Shown: positions 48,830 through 62,058, numbered from the stretch's first letter. The stretch is DNA of 64,000 bases from Eledone cirrhosa (GCA_964016885.1 OZ024742.1:97402001-97466000); one strand, 5' to 3'. The notes: a model not told the origin generated them from the letters alone. Made by a program: numbers and translations.

Positions 48830-51045
48830 CATGTCATCATCATCATCATCATCACCGTTTTACGTCCGTTCTTCCACGCTAGCATGGGTTAGACGGGTTG
48901 TCCTGTTGTGGGCAGTGTCTGGTCGGCTGACCATGCCTTGCTCATACAGGAACTGATCTGGCTTGATTTCTACAGCTGGATGCCCTTCCTAACACCAACC
49001 TCATTTACAGTGAGTGCTGGGTGCTTTTTCGTGGCGCCTACACGTCCACTTTACAGTGTGGGCTGGGTGCTTTTTTGCCGTGGCACCTCCACGACCACCT
49101 TGCGGTGGGGGGGGGGGGGGGGCATATTGTTTATATGCTTCAGCATGTACCCATGGGAGGTCGGGTACCCTGTATTACTGCGTGACGCCAGAAGTCACGG
49201 TCGTGTGTCATTGACTTTGAGAGGTGTAGTTGGGTAAGGTCGGCTTTTATCACCTCATCCCAAGTCATCTTGGGTCTCCCCACTCCGCGGTTTCCATCAA
49301 CTTCTAGTGCTCTGCACCTTTTTATGCAGCTGTCATCCTTCATACGCATCACATGTCCATACCAGCGTAACCGCCTCTCCTGCACGCAGCATTTGATTCC
49401 TCTTATGCTCAGTCTCTCTCTCAATTCATTTATGCTTTGTCGTTCACGTATATTACTGTTACACATCCATCGGAGCATGCAGGCTTCGTTTCTCTCTAAT
49501 CTACGTAAGTCTTCCACCTTCAGCGCCCAGGTCTCACTACCATGCAACATCGCTGTTCGGATACACGCATCATACAGTCTGCCTTTCATTCTGAGGGAGA
49601 AGCCTTTTGCAGCTAGCAGTGGTAGTAGTTCCCTAAACTTCTTCCATCCCGTTCTTACCCTAGTTATTGTACTTTCTGAGCACCCACCTCCGTTGCTAAT
49701 TCGGTCACCTAGGTAGCAGAAGCTGTCTACTGTTTCTACAGGGCCCTCCCAGAGATTGGTGGTACTTGTTTCCTGTGGCTGTTTGCTTGCTGTTTCAGCA
49801 CAGCTGCTGCATGTGAATCCTACATTCTTAATTAAGCTTCCTGAGATCCCGCTACATCTCTTGTGTACCCATTGTTTGCATTTGGGGCAAAGAATGGAGT
49901 TCCTACCTACACCTTTCCTACATACTGAGCAAGGCCATTTCCCTGAGGGGATCTGGGTTCTGTTTTCTCGTCTACTTATAAGGACCTTAGTCTTTGTCAT
50001 GTTGACTTTGAGGCCCTTTCTCTCTAGTCCCTGCTTCCAGGTTTGGAATTTATTCTCTAGTTCTACCATAGATTCAGCTATGAGTGCGAGGTCATCAGCA
50101 TACAGGAGTTCCCATGGGCATCCGGTCTTAAACTCCTCCGTTATTGCCTGCAGGACTATGATGAACAGGAGAGGGCTAAGAACAGAGCCCTGGTGGACCC
50201 CAACCTGTACGCTAAATTCCTCGCTATACTCATTGCCAATCCTAACTTTGCTGACTGCTCCCCTATACATGGCTTGTACCGCTTTCACAAGCCATTCATC
50301 TACTCCTAGTTTTCTAAGAGCCCACCAGATTACTGCACGTGGAACTCTGTCAAAGGCTTTCTCAAGGTCGACAAATGCCAAGTAGAGTGGCTTACTTTTA
50401 GCTAGGTACTTTTCCTGTAATTGCCTCACAAGGAAGAGCGCATCAGTGGTGCCTTTCCCTGGAACAAACCCAAATTGCATCTCGTCTATATTCACCCGGT
50501 CCCTAATCAGCTGTGCTATAACTCTTTCTGTTACTTTCATGACCTGGTCCATCAACTTTATACCTCTATAGTTTCCTCTATCTAGTGCATCGCCTTTACC
50601 TTTGTAGCAGTTGACAATGATGCTACTGCACCAATCTTTTGGTATGGCCCCCTCTAGTATTACCTGGTTAACGATACGTGTGGTTATAGTGTGACCTACA
50701 GACCCAGATGCCTTCAGCATCTCGGCAGCTATACCCGATGGACCGGTTGCCTTCCCTATCTTCATATCTCTGATTGCCTTACTTACTACGCTGCCGCTGA
50801 CTTGTACTGCTGGTCCCTCTATAGGGTCTACGTGGGGTAGGGTCTCTTCTTCCCATGCATTCTCCTCATTTAGTAATCTATCATAATGACTCTTCCATGC
50901 ATCTTTCTTCTCAGCACTTGTGAGGGCAAGCTCACCTTTATCATTCCGGATACACTTCTCTCCAATGACATCACAACTATCTCTGACACACTGCCTCGCA
51001 ATCTTGAATACCTCCTGTTTCTGGTCCTCACGTTGTAAAACATGC
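48830..51045 (-). mobile_element. 5'-truncated RTE-clade LINE (no APE domain) in (AT)n
   Basis: Open RT frame, 3' UTR with about 40-bp repeats, ends GGACGTAAAACGGT(GAT)n. Confidence 0.95.
49140..51044 (-). CDS. RTE reverse transcriptase frame with embedded PHD finger (5'-truncated; frame stays open upstream of the Met at 50765)
   Basis: GKATGP, NYRGIKL, FVDLEKAFDRV, GVHQGSVLSP, LLYADD, FCYLG; C4HC3 motif at 49798-49937. Confidence 0.9.
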   Translation of the reverse strand, partial: HVLQREDQKQEVFKIARQCVRDSCDVIGEKCIRNDKGELALTSAEKKDAWKSHYDRLLNEENAWEEETLPHVDPIEGPAVQVSGSVVSKAIRDMKIGKATGPSGIAAEMLKASGSVGHTITTRIVNQVILEGAIPKDWCSSIIVNCYKGKGDALDRGNYRGIKLMDQVMKVTERVIAQLIRDRVNIDEMQFGFVPGKGTTDALFLVRQLQEKYLAKSKPLYLAFVDLEKAFDRVPRAVIWWALRKLGVDEWLVKAVQAMYRGAVSKVRIGNEYSEEFSVQVGVHQGSVLSPLLFIIVLQAITEEFKTGCPWELLYADDLALIAESMVELENKFQTWKQGLERKGLKVNMTKTKVLISRRENRTQIPSGKWPCSVCRKGVGRNSILCPKCKQWVHKRCSGISGSLIKNVGFTCSSCAETASKQPQETSTTNLWEGPVETVDSFCYLGDRISNGGGCSESTITRVRTGWKKFRELLPLLAAKGFSLRMKGRLYDACIRTAMLHGSETWALKVEDLRRLERNEACMLRWMCNSNIRERQSINELRERLSIRGIKCCVQERRLRWYGHVMRMKDDSCIKRCRALEVDGNRGVGRPKMTWDEVIKADLTQLHLSKSMTHDRDFWRHAVIQGTRPPMGTC

Positions 51046-51105
51046 TGTGTATATATATATATATATCATATGTGTGTATATATATATACATCATATATAT
51101 ATTTC

Positions 51106-51143
<38 letters not shown>

Positions 51144-51258
51144 TGTGTGTATATATATATATATATATATATCATGTGTGTATATACATCATATATATAT
51201 TTCATGTATATATATATATATATCATATATATATTTCATGTATATATATATATATATA

Positions 51259-51670
51259 TCATCATCATCATCATCATCATCATCGTTTAACGTCCATCTT
51301 CCAAGCTAGCATGGGTTAGGACGGGAATTGTCCCACTTGAGGCAAGATTGGTTGTCTTGCTTGTATAGGACTGTCTGGCGGGTTTTCTATGGCTGGATGC
51401 CCTTCCTAACACCAACCACGTTTAAAGTGTGGACTGGGGTTTTTACCGTGTTACCTATACGGCCACATTACAGCGTGTGTTTTTTTGTTGTGACACCTAC
51501 ACGACCTCATTTATTTAGGACTGGATGTTGTGGCACCAACATAACTTTACATCGAAAGGAGTGGTGTAGATGGGGGTGGGGATAGGGTATAGTGGGACGG
51601 GGATTTATTTTGGTTAAGAGGTGCCTACTGACTATAGGTTTGTACATAGGCAAGGCGGGTCTTCTGTATA
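51259..51670 (-). mobile_element. RTE-related 3' UTR fragment with (ATG)n tail
   Basis: GCTGGATGCCCTTCCTAACACCAACC and GCTAGCATGGGTTAG shared with the RTE 3' UTR. Confidence 0.78.
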
Positions 51671-51674
51671 TATA

Positions 51675-52068
51675 TCATCATCATCATCATCATCATTTTA
51701 CGTCCGCTTTTCCCTGCTTGCAAGGGTAGGACAGGAACTGATTCTGGCTTGATTTTTACAGCTGGATGCCCTTCCTAACACCAACCTCATTTACAGTGAG
51801 TGCTGGGTGCTTTTTTCCGCAGCGCCTACACGTCCACTTTACAGTGTGGGCTGGGTATTTTTTTTTGCCGTGGCACCTCCGCGACCACTTTGCAGTGGAA
51901 TGATAGGGACCCCAGTCCTATCATCTCATTTCTACAGCTGAGTAAACTGGAGCAATGTGAAATAAAGTGTCTTGCTCAAGAGCACAACACATGACCCGGT
52001 CTGAGAATTGAACTCACAACCTTTTGATTTCAAGGCCAATGCTCTAACCACAAAGCCATGTGCCTCCA
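51675..52068 (-). mobile_element. Family B SINE (tRNA head plus RTE tail)
   Basis: Colinear with 30372-30710 with one extra 3' UTR repeat unit. Confidence 0.88.
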
Positions 52069-52121
52069 TAAATATATATATATATATCATGTATATATGT
52101 ATATATATATATATATATATC

Positions 52122-52159
<38 letters not shown>

Positions 52160-52244
52160 CATATAAATATATATCATGTATATATATATATATATCATAC
52201 ATATATATATATATAATACATATATATATATATATATCATACAT

Positions 52245-52293
<49 letters not shown>

Positions 52294-52414
52294 TACATAT
52301 ATATATGTATATATCATATACATATACATATGATGATGATGATATATATATACATAGCAAGATATACATAGAAGGCAAGTGAGGAAGTAATAACAAGAAT
52401 GAGACAGAAGAGAG

Positions 52415-52571
<157 letters not shown>

Positions 52572-52706
52572 TAATTGAATACATCACATTGTCAGGCAAT
52601 GCATGTATCATCAACATAATTTTTTATTTTTTAACTGAAAGTATTTTTTTAAATAGTAAAATAAAAAATAAGAAACACACACAAATAATGATAATAACAA
52701 GATATG

Positions 52707-52816
<110 letters not shown>

Positions 52817-53539
52817 CACATGTGTGTGTAAACAAATTTCCTAAAATTTTTGCTAAAAGAAACAGCAATAGATGTGTGGTGTGTCAGGAATTTGTAAATA
52901 GTTTGATGATTTCATTTGAATTTCCAAGCAACATTATAAATAAAAAAATACAATAATAAAAAAATGTTTTTTTGCTTATTTCTCTCTATAACTGCAGTCA
53001 TCACCTTAATTAGAGTCTATCTTCATTATTGATGGCATCATCATCATCATCATCTTTAGGCTTCAAAATATATGTAGCCTATATTGTGTTGGTGTGATGG
53101 TAACACAGTCATCCCGCATACAGAAGGGGTTAAATCGATCCCATGATACACTTTCCTTTTTCTATGTCAATGACCTCATATGACCAACCTGCTTGATTAT
53201 TTTTCTTAGTCTAAATAACTGCATTGAAGTAGATTACATTTAGCTAACATACTTTCAAAATACCTTGCTCACTGCTTCTTGAATATGATTAAATCTTTGT
53301 TTACATCCACTGGCTGATAGATAAGGGTTAAAATGATGGGTACGTGGCCAGTCTCTCTTTGTGGTAATGTGCTTACAACCCCAACTTGTCCCACTATTTG
53401 AACCAACTTAAATTAGGATAATATACTTTTAAAATGATTATCATTACTGTTGTTAGTATTATTGTTTTGTTGTTGCAGTTATAGGTAAGCAAGATGGAAT
53501 TATTATTATTATTATTTCTTTTATCATGCTGTGTGGATG

Positions 53540-54610
53540 GAAAATGTACCTTCAGTCATCTGTGAAGTCACAAGGACCTCAGACAAATAATACTTTCCTT
53601 AAATTGTGCATAGTGCCTAAGAAAGCTTATTTTTGTATGACACCAATCGTGCATGGCATTTCCAACCACTTTAAGAAGTTTTGGAATTTCAATGGTATTG
53701 ACCCTAATGCCCCAATCACAACTAGTATCACTTTCACATTATCCTCTCGCATGCCAAACAGTTTTGTCATATCCACTTTCAATTCAGAGTACTTGGAGAA
53801 TTTTCCAACTTACCTCTTTACTCGCAATACTCATGTCATTTAGTATGGCTATGTCTATAATCTGAGAGTACTTGTCTTCTTGTTCAATATGACACTGTCC
53901 AGTCGGTGATGCTCAATTACGCAGTTTGGAAATCAAAATCTGAGAATATCTTTGCTTTCCCAACCTCCTGCATTACTTTAAAAGTCACATGCTCATACCA
54001 ATTCTCTATTATTTTTTATTGCTATTTATGACATAACACCCAATTTTATCATGGAGTCACTTGTATTCTTTTTGTGCAAGGCTCTCACATCCACTTACCA
54101 AGTGGATAACATTTTCCATATTTTTTCCAGAGTCAGCATTTCTGAGTGTCAGAAATTTGAAGATGTTATACTTCATCAAATTGGTAGCAAGAGCTTGGTC
54201 TTGTGCTGCAACTGTAAGACTTTCAGTGGCACATTTCAAATCGCCTTTCTTAAGCCATGTTCACAATGTTGTTTCATCCTTGATATCCTGTGTATTACTT
54301 TCAAATTGACCATGCATTCTCATTTCCAAATCTTCTCTCTTCTCTCAACATTTTAGTTAAACACTTCCTTACCAGCCATTTCATCTGCATTTATACTCAT
54401 ATCTTCTGCTGCATATTGCAACAACTCTTTATCACTGTTTACCAAATATTCTTCAAGTGTTTTCCTTTCATTCCTAATACAAAATTCCACTCTGATGAAA
54501 ACACTACCACCATTCTTTTTCTTCCAGTACAATCAGTTTATATTTGCTTTAAGGTGTACATCTCTGTACAATGTCTTTAACTTTCTTGTTGATCTATCCA
54601 ACTTTGTGAT
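53540..54610 (-). mobile_element. Degenerate R4/Dong-like LINE 3' part
   Basis: TESLTVAAQDQALATN, ENVIHLVSGCESLAQKEYK, KYSELK..VVIGALGSIP; followed on the minus strand by (AAT)n. Confidence 0.82.
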
Positions 54611-54632
54611 GTTATTATTATTATCATTAAGA

Positions 54633-54822
54633 GCGGTGGATTGGCAGTATCGGTGGAGCATTAGACACCATGCCTTGCAATACGGAGTTATGGCCCTTTA
54701 CGTCCTGTGTTCAAATCCGCCTGAGGTTAATTTTGCCTTTCATCCTTACAGGGTCGATGAAATAAAACACCAGTAATGCACTGGTTAATTGCTGGCCTTG
54801 TGCCAAATATAGAAACAATTAT
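54633..54822 (+). mobile_element. Family A SINE
   Basis: Consensus match with (ATT)n on both sides. Confidence 0.88.
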
Positions 54823-55325
54823 TATTATGGCATCCTGACTACTATTGGCCACTTATGGCACTTTACTAGCTGGACAATGCAATCCATGGCCACAAAACAA
54901 TTATTATAGACATTTTCCAAAAACCCTTGAGACAGTATTGTTACATGAGGAAACCACCAGTTTGAGAAATAGAGGAATAGTAGTGCCAACAGCCAACATG
55001 TCTGAGATGCATACAGGGAAATGAAACCAGGATGCATGTTATTGCATAGTGTTCATGCATTGCAGACATGTGTTGAATAGCTGCTAACAAGTTAAAAACA
55101 GCATCAGTTATCAGCCAAGCCTACAGTGAAAATCAAGATTTTAGAAGGGAAGTTCAACAAGTTTTCTGCTGCCTGGTATGAAAAAAGCTGTAAAATGGAC
55201 ATTTAAACGTTTTGACAACAGGAATCTTTCAATCTGGCCAAGCCCTCATCAACATCTTCATGTACCACTTGACGTGATGCAGCCTTCCACTGTATTTTAA
55301 GAAGGTTGGATGAGAGAGGTGAAAT

Positions 55326-55510
55326 TAATTGTTTCTACTTTTGGCACAAGGCCAGCAATTACCCAGTGCATTACTGGTACTTTATTTTATCGACCCCGTA
55401 AGGATGAAAGGCAAAGTCAACCTCGGCGGGATTTGAACTCAGATCGTAAAGGGACGTAACTATGCTGGAAAGCATGGCGTCCGACCCTCTACCGATACTG
55501 CCAATCCACC
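55326..55510 (-). mobile_element. Family A SINE with TSD TGAAATTAAT
   Basis: 10-bp direct repeat at 55320 and 55511. Confidence 0.92.
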
Positions 55511-55923
55511 TGAAATTAATAAGGTTGAATGGGTCTACTCTATAATTTTCTAAACAGGTGGAAAGTAACTGAAAGAATGCATATTTAATGACCTTCAAGA
55601 ACAGAGTAATCCAAGGTGTGTGTGTGTTTCATTAGAATTAATCTAAAATGCAGTCCCTTTCTATTAAGGAATATTTCCTTGTTGATATTTGTTACTGTTT
55701 TGTATTGTTATCATTTATATTAATTACAACTAGCAGAATGGCCCGGCGTTGTTCGGGATTTGCTCTAGGGTTCTTATATATTTGATATATATTTATCCTT
55801 ATTGAGCCTCATGAAATAAATACGTTTGTTTATATATTGTTATTGTATATGCAAAAAAAAAATATCTGTACACGAATATATAATTATATATATATATATA
55901 TATATTTTAAAATAACAGATTAA

Positions 55924-55974
55924 AGTTTAAGCAAAGAATGGCTGCTTTCACCCTTAACGGGATCTTCTGAAACT
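55924..55974 (-). ncRNA. Variant hammerhead (CAGAAGA core), second copy
   Basis: Reverse complement of 22746-22796 with one loop change. Confidence 0.45.
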
Positions 55975-56900
55975 AACAAAGTCAATCTGTAAACGCAGAA
56001 CTGGATATTTCAAAAAACGTTGCAACCGGAGGAAGACAGGAAGACGATACTTTGGTTCGTGGTAACGTTCGCTGGCAAAGAACGGGAAAAACGAATAATA
56101 CGTCATTAATAGGATCGGTGAAAAACAATTACGCGCAAAGACAAAACCACGTTTATGGTATAAAAGAGGTCGTAGACTAATGTTCTCTTAGGTGGTGCAT
56201 AGAGACGTTCTCTGGCAATGAACGAAAAACGAAGATAATAAGTCATATGTGGAGCGTGGAGAACAATAGCACGCAAAGACAAAACCACGTAAATGGTATA
56301 GCAGAAATCGTAGACTAAAATTCTAACTAGGAGACCAAATGAATCTCCGCTACAGAGTTAAGAACAAAGTAAATAAATACAATACAGAAGTAATAGAAAC
56401 AAATAAATACATACACGCAAACAGATACGTACATACACAAGCATACGCAAAACCTTACCATGGGTATACAAAACCACGCACATATAAATATGTGTGTGTG
56501 TGTATGCTTGTGTACAAATAAATAAATAATTATATAAACGTATATAAGTAAATAAATACGTATATAACAAGCGCACACGCATACCTACATATAAATACAC
56601 GAATGTTCGGAGACGTAAGTCAACTAAAACAAGAAGTACACATATACACACACCCACCATACGTACGAACCTGCACACTCACGCGGACGCAAAACTCCCG
56701 TATACACATAGCCAAACCCTAAATACCAGACTATGTAAAAAGTATACGCTATAACAGTCAAATATACGTACGAGAAAGTATACATACCTTCACAAAACAT
56801 ACGGGTAATATATACTTACCTATGCAAATAAGTAAAGGAATAAACAAAACATATACTTAGCTCCCACATCGAGACGTAAAATATCCACGTATAGATCGTG

Positions 56901-57240
56901 CTATCCGTTAGGGTATAACGTGGGGCTGTAATACAGGAAAGTTTTGTGCCATTTATGTTTACAAGCCGAAATTGCCTCAGATTTTTTGTTTAAGATGTGG
57001 TCTGTAGCGTAGAGTATTTCCAGGGCCTCAGCGGCGCAGAGGTCACATGGTCTTTTATTTCCGTTATACGATCTAGCCCTAGCTAGGATCTCCCAGTGTA
57101 ACTTATATTGGGTGTGGTTGTCTTTTAGACTCCAGATATAAGCTGAAAGTGACGTCATATTCCTTCTTAGAGGGTAACGAAAAGAATGGGTATGCATGTA
57201 AAGACGTTGCTTGAAACTATTGGCCGTTAACCCTAACACA
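56901..57240 (-). pseudogene. PLE GIY-YIG endonuclease C-terminal fragment
   Basis: GLTANSFKQRLYMHTHSF..TSLSAYIWSLK..WEILARA..CDLCAAEALEI..LNKKSEAISACKH. Confidence 0.88.
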
Positions 57241-57754
57241 CTATATATACATATATACACACACACAAACAGATAACGACGTCATAATGTCGTAATGCAG
57301 ACAGCCAGATATACAGCCAGATATTATAAGGTCACAACGTTATATCTATGTATCTATCGAAAAAGAAAGACTAAGAATTATAGAGAGAGATCGCTAAATC
57401 GCCTAATGCGGTCCCTACGGCATTGAAAATTTGAAATATTCTTTGCTCAAAACACTCACAGGATCATAAGTATTACATGTGTAAAGTTTGAAAACAATCA
57501 ATTGGGTGGTTCTCGAGATTTAGGGAGTCAGACAGACAGACATTCTCTGTTTTAGATATATAAATTAGTGATATTGTTATATCTGCTGTTCTCCCCTTGT
57601 TGATGTACCCTCATTGTAAATCCAACTTTGTGTTGTTTTTTTCATATGTGTATTGTCCCCAATGTCTTAGGCCCTTGTAGTCAATGAAAGAAATCATCAT
57701 AATCATAATTCTTCTTTTTATACATCTTCTTATTAGTATTATTATTATCATAGG

Positions 57755-58350
57755 GTAGTAGATTGGCAGTATCAGTAGAACATTGGAAACCCTGCTTTGT
57801 GCCATAGAGTCACGGCTCTTTATGTTCTAACTTCAAATCCTGCTCAGGTTAGCTTTGCCTTTCATCTTTAGCATCAATAACGCTCTGGGGTTAATTTAAT
57901 CAACTTTCCCCAAAAAATTGCTGACCTTGTGCTTAAGTCAGAAACAATCGTCATTCTTATTATTAATCCTGCCGAGGTTAGCTTTGACCTTTCATCTTTC
58001 TAGGGTTGATAAAATAAAGTAGTAGAAATGCACTGGATGTCGATTTTATCGACTTTTCCCTCTCACAAAATTGTTGACATTGTGCCTAAAACAGAAACCA
58101 TTATTATTATCATTCATCCAGTGAAACCTCCACCCCACACTGTAAAGTAGTTGTCATGGCAACACAACAGAAAGCACCCATTAGTCACTGTAAATAAGGT
58201 TGGCGCTAGGAAGGGTGTCCAGCTGTAGAAACCAGGTTCTGTAAGTGCAAGACATGGTCACCAGACCTGGCATTACTCACAATGAGATAACTTGTGTAAC
58301 CCTTGTCGGTGTGGAAAAATGGACGTTAGACTGTGATGATGATGATGATT
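57755..58350 (+). mobile_element. Old family A-related SINEs followed by an RTE-tail fragment
   Basis: TTGGCAGTATCAG..TTCAAATCC..GCCTTTCATC; AGGAAGGGTGTCCAGCTGTAGAAA..GGACGTT..(GAT)n. Confidence 0.7.
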
Positions 58351-58429
58351 AACATCATTTTACTGTTATTTTTATTATTGTTATGATACCCTATTGTTAT
58401 TATTATAGTTAATATCAATATTAATTATT

Positions 58430-59420
58430 GGAATGTTACCAGGCACTCACTGCCTTCTACCAAGCGGGCAATGCGATCAGTGGAACTTCCACTCTCGAGT
58501 TCTATAGAGGATTAGTGGTGGGCAAGTGCGATGACGCACTCGGAGAAGCTTTAGGCCTCGACGAAGTCGAACTGACCAGTCTGTACCGGAGGACTTTTGA
58601 GCCGGGGACGATGGACAATTTCCAGAAATCCCTCGCTTGGCAGTGCTACCGGGGCGCACTACCGGTTCGGGATAAACTCTACAGGCACGGAAGTGCTGTC
58701 AGACGGACCTACCCAAGATGCGCACAGAACGACGAAACCGTTCTGCACGCACTTGTCCAATGTCCGTACATTACTGACTTGTGGAGTTATGTTGAACAGC
58801 TACTGTCGCGTGTGGAACAAATCCGGCTATCGGCCGAGTCCATAGTGAGGATCGATCCACCGCCTTCCTTAGGTCAGGAAGAGCAGGAAATTTTCCTCTG
58901 TCTGGTGACAGTTGCAAAAGAGGTTGTATGGTGGACCAGGTTAAAAGGACTGAAGACAGACACTTTTCTCTTCGGCCAATCCCTCATCAACTTCTTCAAG
59001 TTTCACCTGGAAAGGAAGGTGAGGGTGGAGAGAGAAGTGCTGCCCCCCAGTACATTTGCTAAAAGGTGGGTGAATGTGGCGAGAATGGCTCGTGTGAATG
59101 GGCCTACTCTGACCATGCACCTATAGGCTGGCTAACTTGAGGAGAGGGGTGCTCTCCCTGGGTGCCCTAGAAGCGCAGGGTGGTTCAGGATAGGTGAACT
59201 ACCTGAGTCACCCCAGGGTCGTCCAGCCCCTATCGGGGAATTTATTTTGTTATATTTATGCATAGTTTATTTTATATTTTTATATTTTTATATTTTCATT
59301 GTTAAATTAGTCTTGCCATTGTGCACTTTTACTCGACCTTATTGTAAACCCCCACTGTCTCTGTCTTTGTATTGTCCCCTACATGTCGGCCCTTGTGGCT
59401 AATAAATGAAATCATTATTG
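58430..59420 (+). mobile_element. 5'-truncated Tx1 copy of a second subfamily
   Basis: ORF 58428-59126 aligns to the C-terminal about 232 aa of ORF2 with many substitutions; distinct 3' UTR ending AATAAATGAAATCATTATT. Confidence 0.92.
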
Positions 59421-59569
59421 TTATTATTAATATTAGTACGATTGCTATTATGATTGTATCATTATTATTGCTGATACTATCATCCACATTATTAGTTAAT
59501 AATGTCTAACACAATTAACAATTCTCTTGCCATTATTAATATTTCTTCTTCTTCTTCTCCATATTAATA

Positions 59570-59757
59570 TTATTATTATTTTTCATTGTTCTTTTATTAC
59601 ATCCTGTTTTGGGGGGGTTTTTACACACAGAAATGCCCATTTGTACCGTCCTGTATTGTCCTGTACTGTCCTTAATGTCAACTTTGTGTAAACCCTTGTG
59701 GTTAATAAAGAAATCATTATTATTATTATTTTTATTATTATTATTATTATTATTATT
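59570..59757 (+). mobile_element. Tx1 (first subfamily) 3' terminal fragment plus (ATT)n
   Basis: CAGAAATGCCCATTTGTACCGTCC..GTGGTTAATAAAGAAATCATTATT. Confidence 0.9.
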
Positions 59758-60517
59758 ACAAATAGATTTAAATTTAAAAAATAACTAAAATAAGAAAATT
59801 ATTATTATTGTTACCAGAATTAATCACTAAACCAACCATTACCACTGCCATCACCACACAACAAAATTACCACAACCACTATCATCATCATCATCACCAC
59901 CACCACCACCAACACCTTCATTGTTAAAAGATTTTTACTGATGTTGTGCTTTTACATTTATGCAAATTATTGAATGTAGATTCTATGGAAATTTGTGACA
60001 TAAAATTGTATTGATAGAATTCAATCAGCCATTGGAAGTATTGAATGGTGATGGGTGACGTTATTGTGCCCCTTGTCATAGATTCTATTCAAGACAGTTT
60101 ACCATTTTACTGAAAATTCTAACCAAATCCCCGCCAAAAATCGAATAATAGAAATGAAGATGTGGGAGGTAGGAATAGTGAAAGTGGAGTAAAATAAAGG
60201 TACATGTTCTCATGTGAAGATACATACATAAAAATATATATGTGTGTGTGTATATATATATACACACACACATATATATATATATATACACACACATATA
60301 GATATATATATGTGTGTGTGTGTTGATATGTATGCATCATCATCATCATTTTACGTCCGCTTAGAATGCATATGTAGTATGATGTTGATGGTAATTCTCA
60401 CACACACAGCTAAATAAATGTTAGGGTGATAGTTACATAGACAGTAAGGTAACTAAATATATTAATACAAAAGTATATATGTGCATCCTACATACGCACA
60501 CCATATATGTGTGTGTA

Positions 60518-60598
<81 letters not shown>

Positions 60599-60688
60599 AG
60601 TTTATGTTGGTTATATACCAACACCTCAGTATGCAGGCTGGAGCACTCGACGAAGTGCGCAGGTTGGTTTGGTTACTCCGGAGTAGTG

Positions 60689-61113
60689 TAAAATAAAGTT
60701 AAATAAAAGTTAAATGATTAAAATTTAGCTTCGTTTATTACTGCTATATATATTTCAGTGACAGCCATCTTTGGCTGTGACCTCTTCAGGCAGTTTGAAT
60801 TAGTATGGTATAGACAAGTACATATGTTGTTTAGGTGTATAATATTGTCAATACTCTGATATGCCCAGTTCCTTGTTGGGTTGTTAATTCACTGAGGAAC
60901 TGACTCCAGTTCCTCAGTGAATTAACAACCCAACAAGGAACTGGGCATATCAGAGTATTGACAATATTATACACCTAAACAACATATGTACTTGTCTATA
61001 CCATACTAATTCAAACTGCCTGAAGAGGTCACAGCCAAAGATGGCTGTCACTGAAATATATATAGCAGTAATAAACGAAGTTAAATTTTAATCATTTGAC
61101 TTTTATTTAACTT

Positions 61114-61120
<7 letters not shown>
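60689..61120. repeat. Near-perfect fold-back palindrome, 214-bp arms and 4-bp spacer, with a hammerhead in each arm
   Basis: ..CACTGAGGAACTG-actc-CAGTTCCTCAGTG..; two mismatches seen; right end abuts (TA)n. Confidence 0.97.
61015..61069 (+). ncRNA. Minimal type I hammerhead ribozyme (mirror 60740-60794, minus)
   Basis: ACTGC-CTGAAGA-GGTCACAGCCA-AAGA-TGGCTGTCACT-GAAA-TATATA-TA-GCAGT. Confidence 0.8.
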
Positions 61121-61191
<71 letters not shown>

Positions 61192-61518
61192 ATACACATA
61201 TATATATACATATATATATACACACATACATATATATATATACACATGTACATATACTCTCACGTCTACATAGACCTACATGCATACTAATGAAATCTAA
61301 GGTCAAAGAAAGATGTATATAGAGCAATATTTATATTGCTTTATAATATATGGAAATATATATGTATATATATAAATATGTATATGTACATACATATATG
61401 TATACAGACGTACAGTAGTATGTATATATACATACATGCACACATATATATATGTACGTATGGATTTACCGAACATTTTTTCCATTTATATGTATATATA
61501 TATATATGTATATATATA

Positions 61519-61590
<72 letters not shown>

Positions 61591-62058
61591 AGAGGAATAT
61601 AGAAATATTGAAATAATATTTTTTTTAAATAAATAAAAGTTTCTGAGAAAAATGAAAAAAAATCTAAAAACCAGCAAAAAAAAAGTTAAATAAAAAAACA
61701 TGAAAAATAAAGGAGTTACAACAAAAATCAAATAAGATGGTTTTAATGGTGGTGGTGGTGGTGGTGGTGGTATTGGATACATGATGTGCTGGTATCTAAT
61801 AGTAAGGTGCAGTGTGTGACATTGTGTGGGGGTAACATGTGGTGTGTGGTGGTATGGTGAGGTGTAGTGTGGTAATGTGGGTCTGTGTGGTGTAGTGTAG
61901 TGATGCTATGTAGCCTGTTCGCTGTGAATGGTAGCGTTGTAAATGTGATGTTTGAATAATTTGGATAGCCGTAAGCAGATTAAATTTTCAGTCACTTTAG
62001 TGTGTTTGTCTGTTAGTATGTAATGGTTGTGTGGATGTGTGCACATATGTATATATAT

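Larger units (their letters stand above)
55730..57564 (-). mobile_element. Non-autonomous Helitron containing a PLE fragment
   Basis: 3' hairpin CCCGAACAACGCCGGG plus CTAG-T; 5' TTTATATATCTAAAA..(CTGT)n resembling the 24-26 kb family. Confidence 0.75.

Noticed and set aside
49270-50385. Plus-strand ORFs over the RTE element
   Set aside because: Antisense shadows of the RT frame
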